From the NCBI RefSeq assembly GCF_009914755.1, contig NC_060931.1: a DNA stretch of 64,000 bases, one strand, 5' to 3'. Origin of the DNA: the human T2T-CHM13v2.0 reference genome, Homo sapiens. Under the pieces are notes generated by a model that worked only from the letters and a program-made list of their open reading frames with translations, was not told where the DNA came from and searched no databases. Numbering within the stretch: the first letter of the stretch is position 1; every line of letters begins with the position of its first letter. A program made the translations under genes and the position numbers. Below are positions 13,623 to 26,868 of the stretch, piece after piece.

Positions 13623-16194
13623 TGCTATGGTTTGAATGTTTATTCCTTCAAAAACTCATGTAGAAATAAGGTGGGAGTCTTTAAGAGGTGATTGGATCAT
13701 GAGAGCTTTGTCCTTATGAATTTATTAATTTATACATAGATTAATGGGTTTTCACAGGAGTAGAATTAGTGGTTTTATAAAAGAAGAAACAGAGACCTGG
13801 GCTAGCATGTGTATCTCTCTTGCCATGTGATGCTCTGTGCCACCTCTGGACTCTGCAGAGTCACCAGCAAGAAGGCCATCACTAGATGTTCCCCATTGAC
13901 CTTGAACTTCCCAGCCTGTAGAACTGTAAGAAATAAATTTCTTTATAAATTATAAAGTTTCAGGTAGTCTGTTTTAAGCAACAGAAAATCAATGAAGATA
14001 GAAAGTTGGTACTGGGAGTGGGATGTTGCTGATAATAAACACCTCAAAATGTCAGAGCAGTTTTAGGACTGGGTAATGGGCAGAGGTGGAAAGAATTGGA
14101 GAAGTGGGCTAGAAAAGTTCTAGACTCTGAATAGGTCTTAGAAGACAATAAGGATTGGGAAAGTTTAGAATTCCTTAGAGCTTGATTAAGTAGTCATGAC
14201 GAGAACACTGATAAAAATATAGACAGCTAAAGTTATTCTGACAAGGATTCAGATAAACTGAGAAAAAAGTAAAGGACATTTTCTAGAAACTAAAGTAAAG
14301 GCTATTCTTGTTATAAGTTGGCAATTAACTTGACTAAACTGTGTCTATACCCAAGGGCTTTGTGGAAGACCCAACTTGTGCATGATGAACTAGGGTATCT
14401 GGCAGAAGAAATTTCTAAACAAAATGTAGGAGGAGCTGCATGGTTACTTTTGGCCACTTACTGAGATTTGATAACAAAGGAATAATTTAAAGACATAATT
14501 TATAATCAAAAGGGAAGCAGAGCAAAGAGATTTGGAAAGCTGTCATCCTGACCAAGAGAGTGAAAAAGTATGTTTAGGAGAGAAAACGAAGGATGTAGCA
14601 CAGTGACATTTTGGTAAAGAGATTAACAGATTAACATAAATAGAAGGGAACCAGATGCTACTTCTCAAGAAAATGGAAGACCCAGAAAGCATTTTAGAGA
14701 TCTTCTAGACTGCCCCTCCCATTATGGGCCCAGTGGCCTTCAAGGGAACAATGATTTAGGAGGAGAGGCCCAAGATATGCTCCACAGGTTTGCTGCTCAG
14801 GACTGCCTCCAGATTCTGCTCTCCAAATTCTAGTGCTGTACTTCTTGACTACCCCAGTTATGGCTCAAGCAGTGCTTGGTATAGATCAACCCATCACTCA
14901 GAAAGATCCAAGCCATAAGCCTTGGCAGCATTCAGGTGGTGCTACTATGTAGGTTTTGCAGCCTCCACCAAGATTTCAAGAATGTCACTGAAAGCCTGGG
15001 GCCCCAGACAGAGACTTGTTGCAGGGGTGATGCCACTGCAAAGCCTCCAAAGAGCCAAGTATTGTGGTAATGGAGCTGTTACATAATGCCCACGAGGGCG
15101 ATGCCTAAGAGAACCAACAAAATAAGACCTCCAAAGAGTTCCAACTAGAGTAATGCCTAAAGGAACTGTAGGAACAGACATGCCCACTGTAACCCCAGTA
15201 CTGTGGAGTCACTGGAAGCATGCAACACTCACCTGGGAAAGCTTCAGGCACTGGACTCCAACCTGTATGGGCAGCCATATGAGTTGCACCCAGTAAAGGA
15301 ATAGAGATTGTGCTGACTGAGGCCTTGGGAGCCAAATTCCCACCCCATTCTGTCCAGGAAGTGGTACATGGAGTCAAAATATATTATTTTCCAGCTTTAA
15401 GATTTAATGCCTGTCCTTCTGGGTTCCAGATTTTCTTTCTTTTTGCCTATTTCTCCCTTTTGAAATGGGAATATTTGTTTTATGCCTGTACCACCATTGT
15501 ATACTGGGAATAGATAACTTGCTTTAATTACACAGATTAAAGATGAGATAAGGTACACAGATGAGACTCGGAACTTCAGACTTTTGATTTGGTGCTGGAA
15601 TTAATTGAGACACTGGGGCAACGGGGATTGAATAAATGTATTTGTATGTGAAAAGGTCATGAGTTTTGGGAGGCCAGGGGCAGAATGCTATAGTTTGAGT
15701 GTTTCCTCAAAAACTCATGTTGAAGTTTAATCCCAAGGGTGGCAATATTGAGAGATGGGGCTTTTAAGAGGTGACTGGGTTATGAATGAATTAATCTGTT
15801 CATGGATTAATAAATAATGGAGAAATGTTGGGCAAACCACCATGGCACACATTTACCTGTGTAAGAAACCTGCACATTCTGCACATGTATCCCAGAACTT
15901 AAAATAAAATAAAAAATTTAAAATAAATAATTGGGAAACAGATTATCACAGGAGTGGCATTAGTGTCTTTATCAGAGAAGAAAGAGGTACCTGATTAGCA
16001 CACTCAGCCCCTCTCTATGTGATGCCCTGAGCCACCTCTCAACTGTGCAGAGTTCCTGTCAGCAAAAAGGTCCTCACCAGATGTGCCCCTTAACTTTGGC
16101 CTTTCCAGCCTCCAAATCTATACAAGTAGAATTTATTTATAAATTATCCTGCTTTAGGTACTCTATTATAAACAACAGAAACTGGCCTAAGACA
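13623..16194 (+). mobile_element. Full-structure MaLR element (MSTD-like): 5' LTR 13623-14000, internal region, 3' LTR 15686-16194
   Basis: Two homologous LTRs starting tgctat.gtttga and ending aagata/aagaca; the internal region begins gaaagttggtactgggagtgg and ends ggccaggggcagaa. Confidence 0.92.
15828..15930 (+). mobile_element. Tiny L1PA 3' end inserted in the MSTD 3' LTR
   Basis: gcaaaccaccatggcacacatttacctgtgtaagaaacctgcacattctgcacatgtatcccagaacttaaaataaa; imperfect TSD aataaataatgg/aataaataattgg. Confidence 0.85.
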
Positions 16195-18273
16195 GTGAAG
16201 CAGGTATATAATCCTAGCTTCCCATGTCCATCTATCCTACACCCATTGCCTGTTCTCTCTCCCCTCTTTTACCCACATACCTCCCTACTTTTCTCTCATA
16301 TTAAGTGAAGACTCTACCATAGAGGTGTAGCTATACACAGAAATTGAATTTTATTACCTTAACAAGTAAATGGAAATATAGAAAGGAATTCTCCAAAGAT
16401 TAGCTCCAAGATAGGTTTTTATAGCTGTATAAAGACTATTTTTGGTAAGAAAAATGAGCACAATTCAAATTCAAATGAAGTTAATAATTATTTCCCTATA
16501 ACCTTCCCCAAAAATTTAGTAGGAAATTAAGTAGCATTATAAATAGGGTTATTCCTGATTGAGAGAATCTTTGTTTGACACTAGAAATATTCAAAATAGA
16601 GGGAAGCGATTCTGACTACCTTAGAGAAGTGATGATCACTATCATTATTTTGCCAATATAATTATCATGATTTTTAAAAAGTGCCTGTAAGTTTTTTGAA
16701 TAGTTCCCAAATACATAAACTTAGAAGTAGAGATGTATAATTTTTAAATGCCTCATCTAATATTTTCCAGGAACTGCTATTGTTTGTCGAGTTAGATTTA
16801 TTCTTCCCAAATCACCCCAAGCAAAACCACCTAGTCACAGCGTACCTTCTGGGCTACTATTGGGCTTATTTTTATTTCATTCAGAAATTGTTTAGCTGGG
16901 CTCAATTGTGATCTGTATCACTGTGTTTGTTGCTAATTTATCCAATCATTAATTTTCTTCTTATTTTAATTGTTATTTTCTGTAGGGGTTTGTATTGTAT
17001 AACAATAAATTTGTAAAACCTATTTCTGCATATTCTTTATCACTTTAATTTTTAAGAACTAGGTCTGGGTTCAAACTGAAAGTTTGTTTAGGTAGGATTA
17101 AGGTTATATAAATAAAAATTTATTTTGAATTGAAGTATTATTCATCACAATATGTTAATATAGAGATGATGAAATCACATTTTTTAAAAATTTTGTTTAT
17201 TATTGTGAGTCCTGCATCTAAACAAATCAAATAATTTCAATCAGTTACTCAAGTTTTGCTGGACATGTGGTACAGAGACTGGCATAAAATAGGTCAATCT
17301 GTATATATTTTGTTTAAAAGTAATCATGAGCTGTAAAAATATATCAATTACATAAATTTGAAAGCAAGTGTTTTTTCCTAAATTGTTCATGTTTAAGAGC
17401 CCTTAGAGCAAAAGGAAAGTAAAATAAGGTGGGGTTAAGATGAAAAGAGTTGAATTCTAAATTATTCTACAATGAAATTCTGTGATTGTGCAGTTTCAGT
17501 AAATATCAGAACATTGTCATTTGTTTTTGATGATATTTTGCTTGCTTTATAACTGCTTAAAATCTCAGCACTCAAAAGTACAGTATTTCTGTTGGAAATT
17601 TGCTTCTCGACTTTATTTCTTATTATTTCTGTTACATAGATTTTTTTCAAGGGTATGTTATTCTCCTAAGTTACGTTTTGTAATTCTCAACATGTTATCA
17701 ACATAATGGATATTCAGTTTTTATTTTCTCCTCATAAAAGACATTTAAAATAATTTAGTTTGAATATCATAAATTTAACTTTTCAAGTTTCACCTATATT
17801 TAAATTCTCTAGGAAATGATAATTTATAAGTTTAAAAATATTCTTCTTTTCATGTTTGTTTCATAAATTCATTTTATTCAGGTTTTATAGCTTGACTATT
17901 TTCATAATCATATTAGCAAGAACTGAGACACCAAAACTCCATGTTTTATTTTTTACAAATAGGAAAAAAAATATCTTTTCATGCAGAGTAAATTTTTTTT
18001 TGCTCATACTAGGCTTTAGAAACTAAAATAAACACATCACTGATTTTGTGTCATTTTCTTCTAGACAAGAAAGCAGTGAGCAATTAACATGGCAGGAAGA
18101 TTTAACAGTTACTCTTTAGACAAGAAAACAAGTCGTAAGTTAAGAGGCTTCATTTCTAATGAATAAGCACATGTCCAGCATCCTGTAAAGTTTTATTTTC
18201 AAAATTTAAAATTAGTATGATGATTTGAAAACTACCATTTTTCACTAATACTCATAAAGAAAGAGTTTGTGAT

Positions 18274-18377
18274 ACCTTGCTTTTCTAAAATTATTTCAAA
18301 TGTGGCCACAATTTAAATGCAATTTATATGCAATTTAAATTGTGGCCACATTTGAAATAATTTTAGAAAAGCAAGGT
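18274..18377. repeat. Perfect inverted repeat with 45-bp arms and a 14-nt spacer
   Basis: 18274-18318 (accttgcttttctaaaattatttcaaatgtggccacaatttaaat) is the exact reverse complement of 18333-18377. Confidence 0.97.
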
Positions 18378-18500
18378 GTGTGTGTGTGTGTGTGTATATG
18401 TATGTGTGTGTGTGTATATATATATATATATTTGCTCTCTATATATACCTTGCTATATATACACCTTGCTAGCTAGTATCTGTGTGTGTATATACATACA
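18376..18500. repeat. Compound (TG)n/(TA)n microsatellite
   Basis: Read directly. Confidence 0.9.
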
Positions 18501-20030
18501 CATATGGAGAGATTCATGTGTTGCTTAATGATTGGAATGTATTCTGAGAAATGCATTGTTAGGCAATTTCACTATTGTGTGAACATCATAGAGTGTACTT
18601 ACACAAATCTAGGTGGTATAGCCTACTCACACCTAAGGCTATATGGTATAGCCTACTTTTTTTTGGCTGAAAATCTGTACAGAATGCTGTTATACTGAAT
18701 TCTGTAGGCAATTTTAACACAATGGTATTTGTGTATCTAAACATATTTAAACATAGAAAAGGTACAGGAAAAATATAATGTAAGAAATAAAAAACAGTAT
18801 ACCTGTATAGGGCACTTAACCATAAATAAAGCTTACAGGGCTCGAAGTTGCCCTGGATGTGAGTGGTAAGTGAATGGGAAGGGGGAGGACATCAATGTAT
18901 AGTACTGTAGACTTTATGAACACTGAACACTTAGGCTACATTACATTTATAAAAACATGATTTTTCTTCAAAAATAAACTTACCTTATTGTAACTTTTTC
19001 TTTCCTTTGTAAACTTTTTCAAATTTTGAGTCTTTTGTAATGATACTTAGCTTAAAATACAAACACATCATACATTGTATAAAAATATTTTCTTCATTTA
19101 TATTCTATAAACTTTTAACATTTTTAATATTTTTAATTTTTTAATTTTAAAACTTTAAAAAAAAAAACTAAGACAAACACACACATTAGCCTAAGCCTAC
19201 AATGGATCAAGATTATCAATCACTGTCTCCACCTCCATATCTTGTCCCACTAGACGGTCTTCAGGGGCAATAACATGCATGGAGCTGTCATCTTCTATGA
19301 CAACAATTCTGTCTTCTGGAAAACCTCCTGAAGGACCTGTCTGAGGCACTTAGAGTTGTCACTTTTTTTTAGAAATATATCCATTGTGGTTTGCTTGGTT
19401 TGTTTCTTTTTTCTATCATAGATTTGCTTAAAAGCAGATAATGCTTCACTAACATTCCTCTCTATTAATGAAAACCTTTTGATGTTGGGGTCCATGTTTT
19501 TACACTTTTTAAGGAGCTTGTTGAGGTCTCTAAAAGCTTCTGCTAAACCCTTCACTGTGAATGTTCATGGAGAGTGTTCTTTATATTCTGCAGTTTCCAC
19601 TTCTCTTGACTCTTCTTCAGCAGTTGCATTCTTTTTTCAGTTTCAACCACTCCTTACTAGTCATTTCCTCAGGAACCACCTCTAGGAACTCCTCAGTGTC
19701 ATCCTCATGCACACCAGGTTAAAGTTGTTTTCCATTTTAACCACAATCTTGCTAATGTTTGCAACCTTCGCATCCTTGGCAAATCCTTCAAATTCATGGA
19801 TAAACCTCTGGAGTATCTTTTACCAGATGCCATTCATACACTCCTTGGTAACATTGCCCCAAGCCCAAAGAATTTTCTTAATACAGTCATAGATGTTGTA
19901 ATCCTTCCAAGATTTCATGTGTCTTCTCAGAATCTTCCTCAATTGCAGCAATATCTTGGGCAAAGGTCTTCCTCCAGTAGTAGGCCTTAAAAGCCGCTAT
20001 ACCTCCTACCTGTAATCAAATAGTTTAGCT

Positions 20031-20546
20031 TCAAAATGCACTTTAAAACTTTGTTTTTCCTTTTTTGCTTTCAGCTTTGAAACATACGTTTAAAACTTTG
20101 TTTCTCTCCATTTCCCACCAGACACCCCCTTACACCATCCACATTTATCTGATTATATGCTCACTTAGAAATTCTGGGGGCTAATTTTGAAACAAACCAG
20201 GCATAGAGACCCAGCTGAAGAATTTTCCTGCTTAGGGGTTGTTATGAAGAGTTAGTCCACCACTACCAGGCCGATGTCGTGATGACACAAACGGGAGCTC
20301 TGGATAGGCAATTACTCAAGATAACTATTGGGACAAGACACACAGACGTACACCCTCCTGCACCACTCCCACATATTTTCACACCAAGTTTTCCTTCGTA
20401 AACCTTCTCAGTAAGCTCAGAAGGCTGAGATAGTTTCTTGGAGATGTGAGCCCAGCTATCTCCCATCTGCTAGCATTTGGTTAAAGCTTCTTTCTTTTCG
20501 CTACTCCTTGCTTCTCATGTTTTTGTCCAGACTTGAAAGGGTTACA
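20031..20546 (+). mobile_element. Solo ERV LTR inserted in Tigger3 (LTR47-like; subfamily uncertain)
   Basis: Bounded by tgtaa...ttaca inverted termini; the transposase sequence resumes on both sides. Confidence 0.75.
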
Positions 20547-21002
20547 ACCCATTGTTTGGATCAAAGAGGTGGTGCTTGAAGAAAGCAACATACTTTGATA
20601 TTGGGACAATGGTCATGAATGAAAGAAGAATGTGCAGCAGCATTGCTAACAATAAACAAAATCTTGAAAGATAAGTTATTCTCCAAATAGTATTTCTCTA
20701 TTTTGCTGGCATAGGAAATTTAGGAGGGCATCTTGGAAGAGGAGTTCACCATTCACGACTGCTTATTGGTCTTGGAGTATATTGGCAGTGTGTTTACTGA
20801 TACTCTGAAAGATCCTGGAATTCGCACTGTGTCAGATCACAAACAGTTGCAATTTACAGTTATAACATTGCCCCCAAGGAAGACTGTTACCTTGTCCTTA
20901 AAGGCCTTGAAACCTGGCATTCATTTGCCTCCTTTGGGATGAAAGTCTTTTCAGGAAATTATTTCTAGAATATGGATATTTCATCCATATTGAAGATTTT
21001 TC

Positions 21003-21321
21003 AGCTGGGCGCGGTGGCTGATGCCTGTAATCCCAGCACTTTGGGAGGCCAAGGCGGGCGGATCGCGAGGTCAGGAGATCGAGACCATCCTGGCTAACAC
21101 AGTGAAACCCCGTCTCTACTAAAACAAAAAATTAGCTGGGCGTGGTGGCAGGTGCCTGTAGTCCCAGCTACTCGGGAGGCTGAGGCAGGAGAATGGCGTG
21201 AACCCGGAGGCGGAGCTTGCAGTGAGCCGGAGCTTGCAGCCAGCCGAGATCGCGCCACTGCACTCCAGCCTGGGCGACAGAGCGAGACTCTGTCTCAAAA
21301 AAAAACAAAAAAACAAAAAAA
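21003..21321 (+). mobile_element. AluY inserted in Tigger3, with a 17-bp internal duplication
   Basis: gagaccatcctggctaacac, gaatggcgtgaaccc, ggagcttgcagtgagcc; many CpGs retained. Confidence 0.96.
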
Positions 21322-22299
21322 GAATTTTCTCTTGCAAGTAATTTTCCTCCACAATCAGCTTATCTAGAGTTTCCAAAAATTCTTCAGCTGCCTTCCTATC
21401 AGCACTTTCAGACTCACCACTCAACTTCACATTATCTAATAAATAACAGTTCTTGAAACTTTTAAACCACCCAGAGCTGCCAGTAAATTCAACATCATAG
21501 TTGGGTCCAGCCTCTACTTACAACATCACAAACCAACATTTTGCTTTGGCTATCATGGTGCTGAGAGGGTTAAACATCTGCATCTTGTCTTCAATCCAGA
21601 CCCATAGAAGTTTATGCATATCTGATAAAGCCCTACCCAAATTTTTGTTGGTCTAGTTTCTTCACTAAAGCAGATCTTTTAACAGCTTCTGTCACCTTGT
21701 TCTTTGAGATTGTAGCTATGGTGGAATGGGACATGCTTGACTGATGAACAATAACCATCACTGATTTTCCAGTTTCCTAGTCCTTAATCACTTTTAATTT
21801 TGTTTCCAGTTCAATCACTTGATGTGGCTTCTTACTGGCAACATTAACAGTGACTTTGTATGCTTAGGGGTCATGACGAACAAAATACCAAGAAATTAAA
21901 TCAAGCGCAGAGAAACTGATGCAGTCAGGAGATATGGTAGCCCAAGATGTATGAGGCTGCTGCAAGCCTAACACAACATACAGTTTTATAGTAAATATAT
22001 TTATTTTAATAAATAGAAGGAGTAAACTATCAAATAATAAAATTACAGTATAGTAAATACATAAACCGTTAACATAGTTGTTTACTATCATTATCAAGTA
22101 TTATGTACTTATATTATTTACAAATAATTGTATGTGCCAGACTTTTATATGACTGGTGGTGCAGTAGGTGTTTTTATATCAGTATCACTACAAATACATG
22201 AGTAAGTAGATACAGACACATATTTAAGATGAGCATTATACATATACAATGAGGGCATAGATATTTTGTATTCCCAAATTATATTAAGCTATGCTTCAA

Positions 22300-22740
22300 A
22301 TACAAACTATTATATCTCATATATATTTCATATGTATAAGCTATAGTCTAAATATATGTTATTTATATATTAATATTTTATACACAATATATCATCTCTA
22401 TATTAATATATTTATTGATACATATGTCTATATATAAATATACAATACATTTATATATTATATTAATATATTTTATATATTGATATATGAATGTATGTAT
22501 ATATGCACATTGTTATTTGGTGCACCTAAATTATATTGCATTTCATTTCAAACATAACCTATACTTCAAGTACATATGTGATAATCCATATTTAGAATAT
22601 GGATTTATGAATCCATATTCATATTTTTAATATTTTTACATATATTTTTCAATTGTATACTATATTTCAAGTGTATATGTACACATACATGTATTACACA
22701 TTTCTGTCTATATACACATAGAGACACATACATATATGTT
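22300..22740. repeat. Degenerate TA-rich low-complexity tract
   Basis: Dense tata/atat motifs. Confidence 0.75.
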
Positions 22741-24435
22741 CTTACAAATCTGGGTATTCTTTGGAATTCTTGTAAATTTATTTGCCATGCCAAATTTAGT
22801 TTAAATTACAGATATGCTTCTGGGTTATTTCTATTAAATGTGGGTACTTGACCAGGATGATTTAAACATACTATTAAAGAAAGGGAATCTATAAATGATT
22901 TGTTGAGAACTACATGAAAAACATTCCGTGAGAAGCAATAATTCAAGAAATCAAAGACACGAAAGTGACTGTTAATAGTTTTTTCCTAAGTATTCTAATC
23001 AAAGTTTAGAGTAAATGATAGCTTTTCCTGATTAAAAAAATAATATTTCTTAATATTTACAATTATCCAATATTGTACCTCAACAGTCTTTTTATTTCCC
23101 CTTCCCTTAGACTTGATTTATTTAAAATATCTTCATTTTTATTACATAAAATTAGCATTCCAAAATTAAATGATTAAATATAAAGCCTCATGGTAAAATC
23201 TTGATTGTATGATAATGTGGGTTATTAATATACACATTAATTTTTCTTATATTTCCACTTCCAGAGGATCTTTGCTAGTCATATAAAAAGTCTGATCCTT
23301 TAAATTATCACTTAGAACTCAAAGAAGTATATTTTTACTCGAGTGAAAGAGTTTTCTTTTTCTGTAATTATTTCTAAAACTGGGCATTTTATTTTTCTCT
23401 CAAAGTTAGAAAGGTAAACATTTTTGCTTGGAGAGTAATGAAAGTTGGAAACTAGGAAGAAAATGAAGCCAAAGATAATTTCTCTATTAGACACAGTGGG
23501 CACAGTGTGTCCAGAGCTCATGAAACTTCTAGAGAGTACAGAAAATGATTTAATTTATTTGTTTATCAGAAAAGCATATTTTATTTTGGAGAAAATAGTT
23601 TAATATATTAATCTATTCAGGTTTATATCAACATAGCTGTAAAGTTAAATGGCCTACAAATGTCATAGTGTAGGCTTTGGTGAAGTCCATGCAGTAGAGT
23701 GTAATCAGTATATGTGAACAAATAGGAATTAGATGATAGGGGGTTACTGTCTCAGAACTACTTTTCTTGGGAACAGAGTAAAATGCATAACAAGATTTAT
23801 CCCATGAGTATATCATGAACATTTGTAAGTCTACAATGGTGGCTGAGTGAATACTTATGGCAGAAAATGCCTTCTCCTGAATGGGCTGATTTACTGAATG
23901 CTGTACAATAGATTTTCCTTGGGAGTTGGCTGGCTGCCCCCACGCCATGTCTAGGATAAAAATAATAACTGGAAAAAAAGTGATATCACATTTTTTTCTG
24001 TGTTTTCCATCCTGTAGGTTTATTAACAAATGTTATGCAACTATTTAGAGGAATCACTTTTCTTTAGTGGCTATTTTGGGTAATTTTCCCACACCTAGGT
24101 ACTTCTGCCTATCAGATCTTCTTATAAAGCCATATTTTCAGGCAGAAGTGGAGTTGTTAAAAAAAAAATGAAGCACTAGAAATACACTCTTAAGTTCAGC
24201 TACAACAGAGAGTGAAATGAGAGGAAGAAAAGATCAAGAGAATTTTGGGGAAAATGTCATTTACACTCCCCTGCCCACATATTTTTTTTCTATACTCTGT
24301 GTCTTAAGTGATAATTTTAATAAAAATATCTATTTAGAATTTTTAATTTTAGTGTCATAATTGAGCAGAATTTTAGAGGGAAACTCTACTTGATAAAAAT
24401 TAGACATGAATTAGACACAGTTTTTGAAGACTTGC

Positions 24436-26069
24436 TATGATGGCCAATTTTATGCATCAAGTTGCATAGGCTATGGTGCTGGGTTGTTTGGTCAAACATT
24501 AGTCTAGATGTTGTTGTGAAGGTATGTAGTTAGATGTAATTAATACTTAGAATAAGTAGACTTTAAAGCAGATTGATCTCCATAATGTGGGTGGGTCTCA
24601 TCAAATCAGTTGAAGACCTTAAGAAAAAGACTGAGGTCGCCTGATAAAAAAGAAATTCTGCCTCAAGAGTGCAACATAGAAACCCTGACTGAGTTCCCAG
24701 CCTGCTGGCCTGTTCTGTGAATTTCAGACTAAAGACCATAACATCAACTGTCCCTTGAATTTCCAGCCTGACAGCCTGACCCACATTTCAGAATTTCCAA
24801 TTGCTATAAATGGGTAAACTACTTCATTGAAAAATCTATCTCTGTTATCTCAAATGAATGGGTAAATAGATAAATTTTAAAAATAGCTTTATTAAAATAT
24901 AATTCTCATATTATACAATTCACTCATGTAAGGTATAAAATCTAATGGTTTTTAGTTTGTTTACAGAGTTATGTAACCATTACCACAATCAATTATAGAA
25001 CATTTTCATCATTCCCCAAAAAACTTCATAGCCATTAATAGTCATTCCCCACCCACCACCCCCACCATGTATACTTCCTACCCCTTCTGACTCCAGGCAA
25101 TCATTTATCTACTTTCTGTCTCCATTCATTTGCCTGTTCTGGACATCAAAATATATTTCTTCTATCAAACTATAATTATATATCCTTTGACCAACATCTC
25201 TCCATAACCCCTCACCAAGGACATCCTCCCTAACCACCCAAACCAATAGTAACCACCATTCTACTCTCTACTTCTATGAGATCAACATTTTTGATTCCAT
25301 ATATGAGTGAGATCATGGGATGTTTGTCATTCTTTTTCTTGTTTATTTCACTTAACATAATGTTCTTCGGATTCATTCATGCTGTTGCAAATGACAATAT
25401 TTTATTATTTTTATGTCTTAAATACTATTCCTCCATTAATGGGCACTTATTTTGATCATTATCTTGGCTATTGTGGATAGTGCTGCAATAAACATGGGAG
25501 TGCAGATGTCTATTTGCCATATTAATTTTATTTCCTTTGGATATATATTTGGTAGTAGGATTACTAGATTATGTGATAGTTTTATTTTTAATTTTTATAG
25601 GTATTTTCATACTGCTTTTTATAATGGTGGTACTAGTTTACGTACCACCATTATGAATGGTTTCCATTTTTCCACATCCTTCTAATTTTTGTTATCTTTG
25701 TCTTTTTCAAAATAGCTATTCTAACAGGTGTGCGGTGATAGCTTAATGTGTTTTTGATTTGCATTTTCCTAATATTTAGTGATAATGAGCATTTTTTCAT
25801 TTACCTGTTTGCCATTTGCATGTCTTCTTTTGAGAAATATCTATTCAGGTCATTTGCAAATTTTCAAATAGGGTTATTTGTTTTCTTGCTGTTGAGTTGT
25901 TTGAGTTCTTTATATCTTTTGAAAATTAACCTCTTATCACATATGTCCTCCCATTCTGTAGGTTGTCTCTTCACTCTCTTGATTGTTTCCTTTGCTGTAC
26001 AGATAGATTGATCTTCCCTATTGTCCTTTATTGTTTCTTTTTTTCTGGAGAAAAAAGAAATCTAATACA
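24436..26069 (+). mobile_element. MLT2D-like ERVL LTR split by L1 insertions (24436-24845 and about 26005-26069)
   Basis: gtttggtcaaacattagtctagatgttg..gcagattgatctccataatgtgggtgggtctcatcaaatcagttgaag; the LTR end (cctattg..tttctggagaa..ctaataca) reappears after the L1. Confidence 0.8.
24880..26002 (-). mobile_element. L1MB 3' end (about 24880-25146) followed by L1MA 3' region (about 25150-26002)
   Basis: atagctttatt..ataattc..catacaattcactcat (L1MB type), then cctttgaccaacatctc..aaccaccattctactctctacttctatgagatcaac (L1MA type). Confidence 0.8.
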
Positions 26070-26868
26070 CTTGCTGCTCTGAAAAAAAAATCTATAAAAA
26101 TTATCCAGTAAACACCCTCACTATACAAAAGTCAATTAATTAATTAAAAGCACAAATAATTAATATGAATTAGGGGCATTGTGAAACAACATTGGAATCT
26201 GTAAGATCAGGAGTTGGGTTTGGTTTCCAGAGCCTGATCATTAGTACCTGGCAATCAGGACCACAGAGGCAGGTAGCCAGAACAGATGGGAGCCAGAGAG
26301 TCCAGCAGACACTGAGTAGGGTGGAGGTGCTGGGGAATGGATTCCAGCTGTAGGGTTCCTGAACTTCTGAACTTGAACTTCTTTCTTGAAGCAAAACTCT
26401 CAAATGAACTATAATGGTTCTGGGTTGAGGTTATCCTCAAGCTACTATTATTATTGTAATAAACTCATGCAGTTAATTGTTCCTATATAAATCTCATAAT
26501 ATACAGAAATGAACATAAAGAAATGAGCAAACAGAAAAATATTCAGACAGCTAAAAGGCCAGCAATCATAAGGAGAATCAATGAAATGTACAAGTAACAG
26601 ATTTAGCCACAACAGTCTGTATATGCTGGAAAATCCTATTTTAAATATATACAATAGCTGCATACAAAATGTTTAAAGATATACTCGCAGCATTAAAATA
26701 TAAGCATATACTGAGTAATAATCAGAATGAACAGACAGATGGAAAGAAAAACATTCCTGAAATAAGAAGTATAAATATGAAATATATGAAAAGTACAAGA
26801 AATCTGCCGCTAGATAGATGAAATTACACATTTGACATCATTTTAAAGAGAATTGTTGAAGAATATTT

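Larger units (their letters stand above)
19340..21874 (-). pseudogene. Decayed pogo/Tigger (CENP-B-like DDE) transposase
   Basis: N-terminal HTH relic (VIELETKLKVIKD...SHSTIATI) after the ATG at 21874; [31 protein letters not shown] linker; C-terminus KGLAEAF..LNKLLKK..MDPN..RFSLIERNV..YDRKKKQTKQTTMDIFLKK. Stops, frameshifts and two insertions. Confidence 0.88.
18511..22205 (-). mobile_element. Near full-length Tigger3/Golem DNA transposon; right-hand terminus missing
   Basis: Begins with the Tigger3 terminus (tcatgtgttgcttaatga..ttctgagaaatgcattgttaggc..gaacatcatagagtgtacttacacaaa); transposase relic on the minus strand; stops at ..cactacaaatacatgagtaa before the second TIR. Confidence 0.92.

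Noticed and set aside
23628-24029. Longest ORF (133 aa, minus strand) in non-repeat DNA
   Set aside because: Non-ATG start, no recognisable domain and no splice support.
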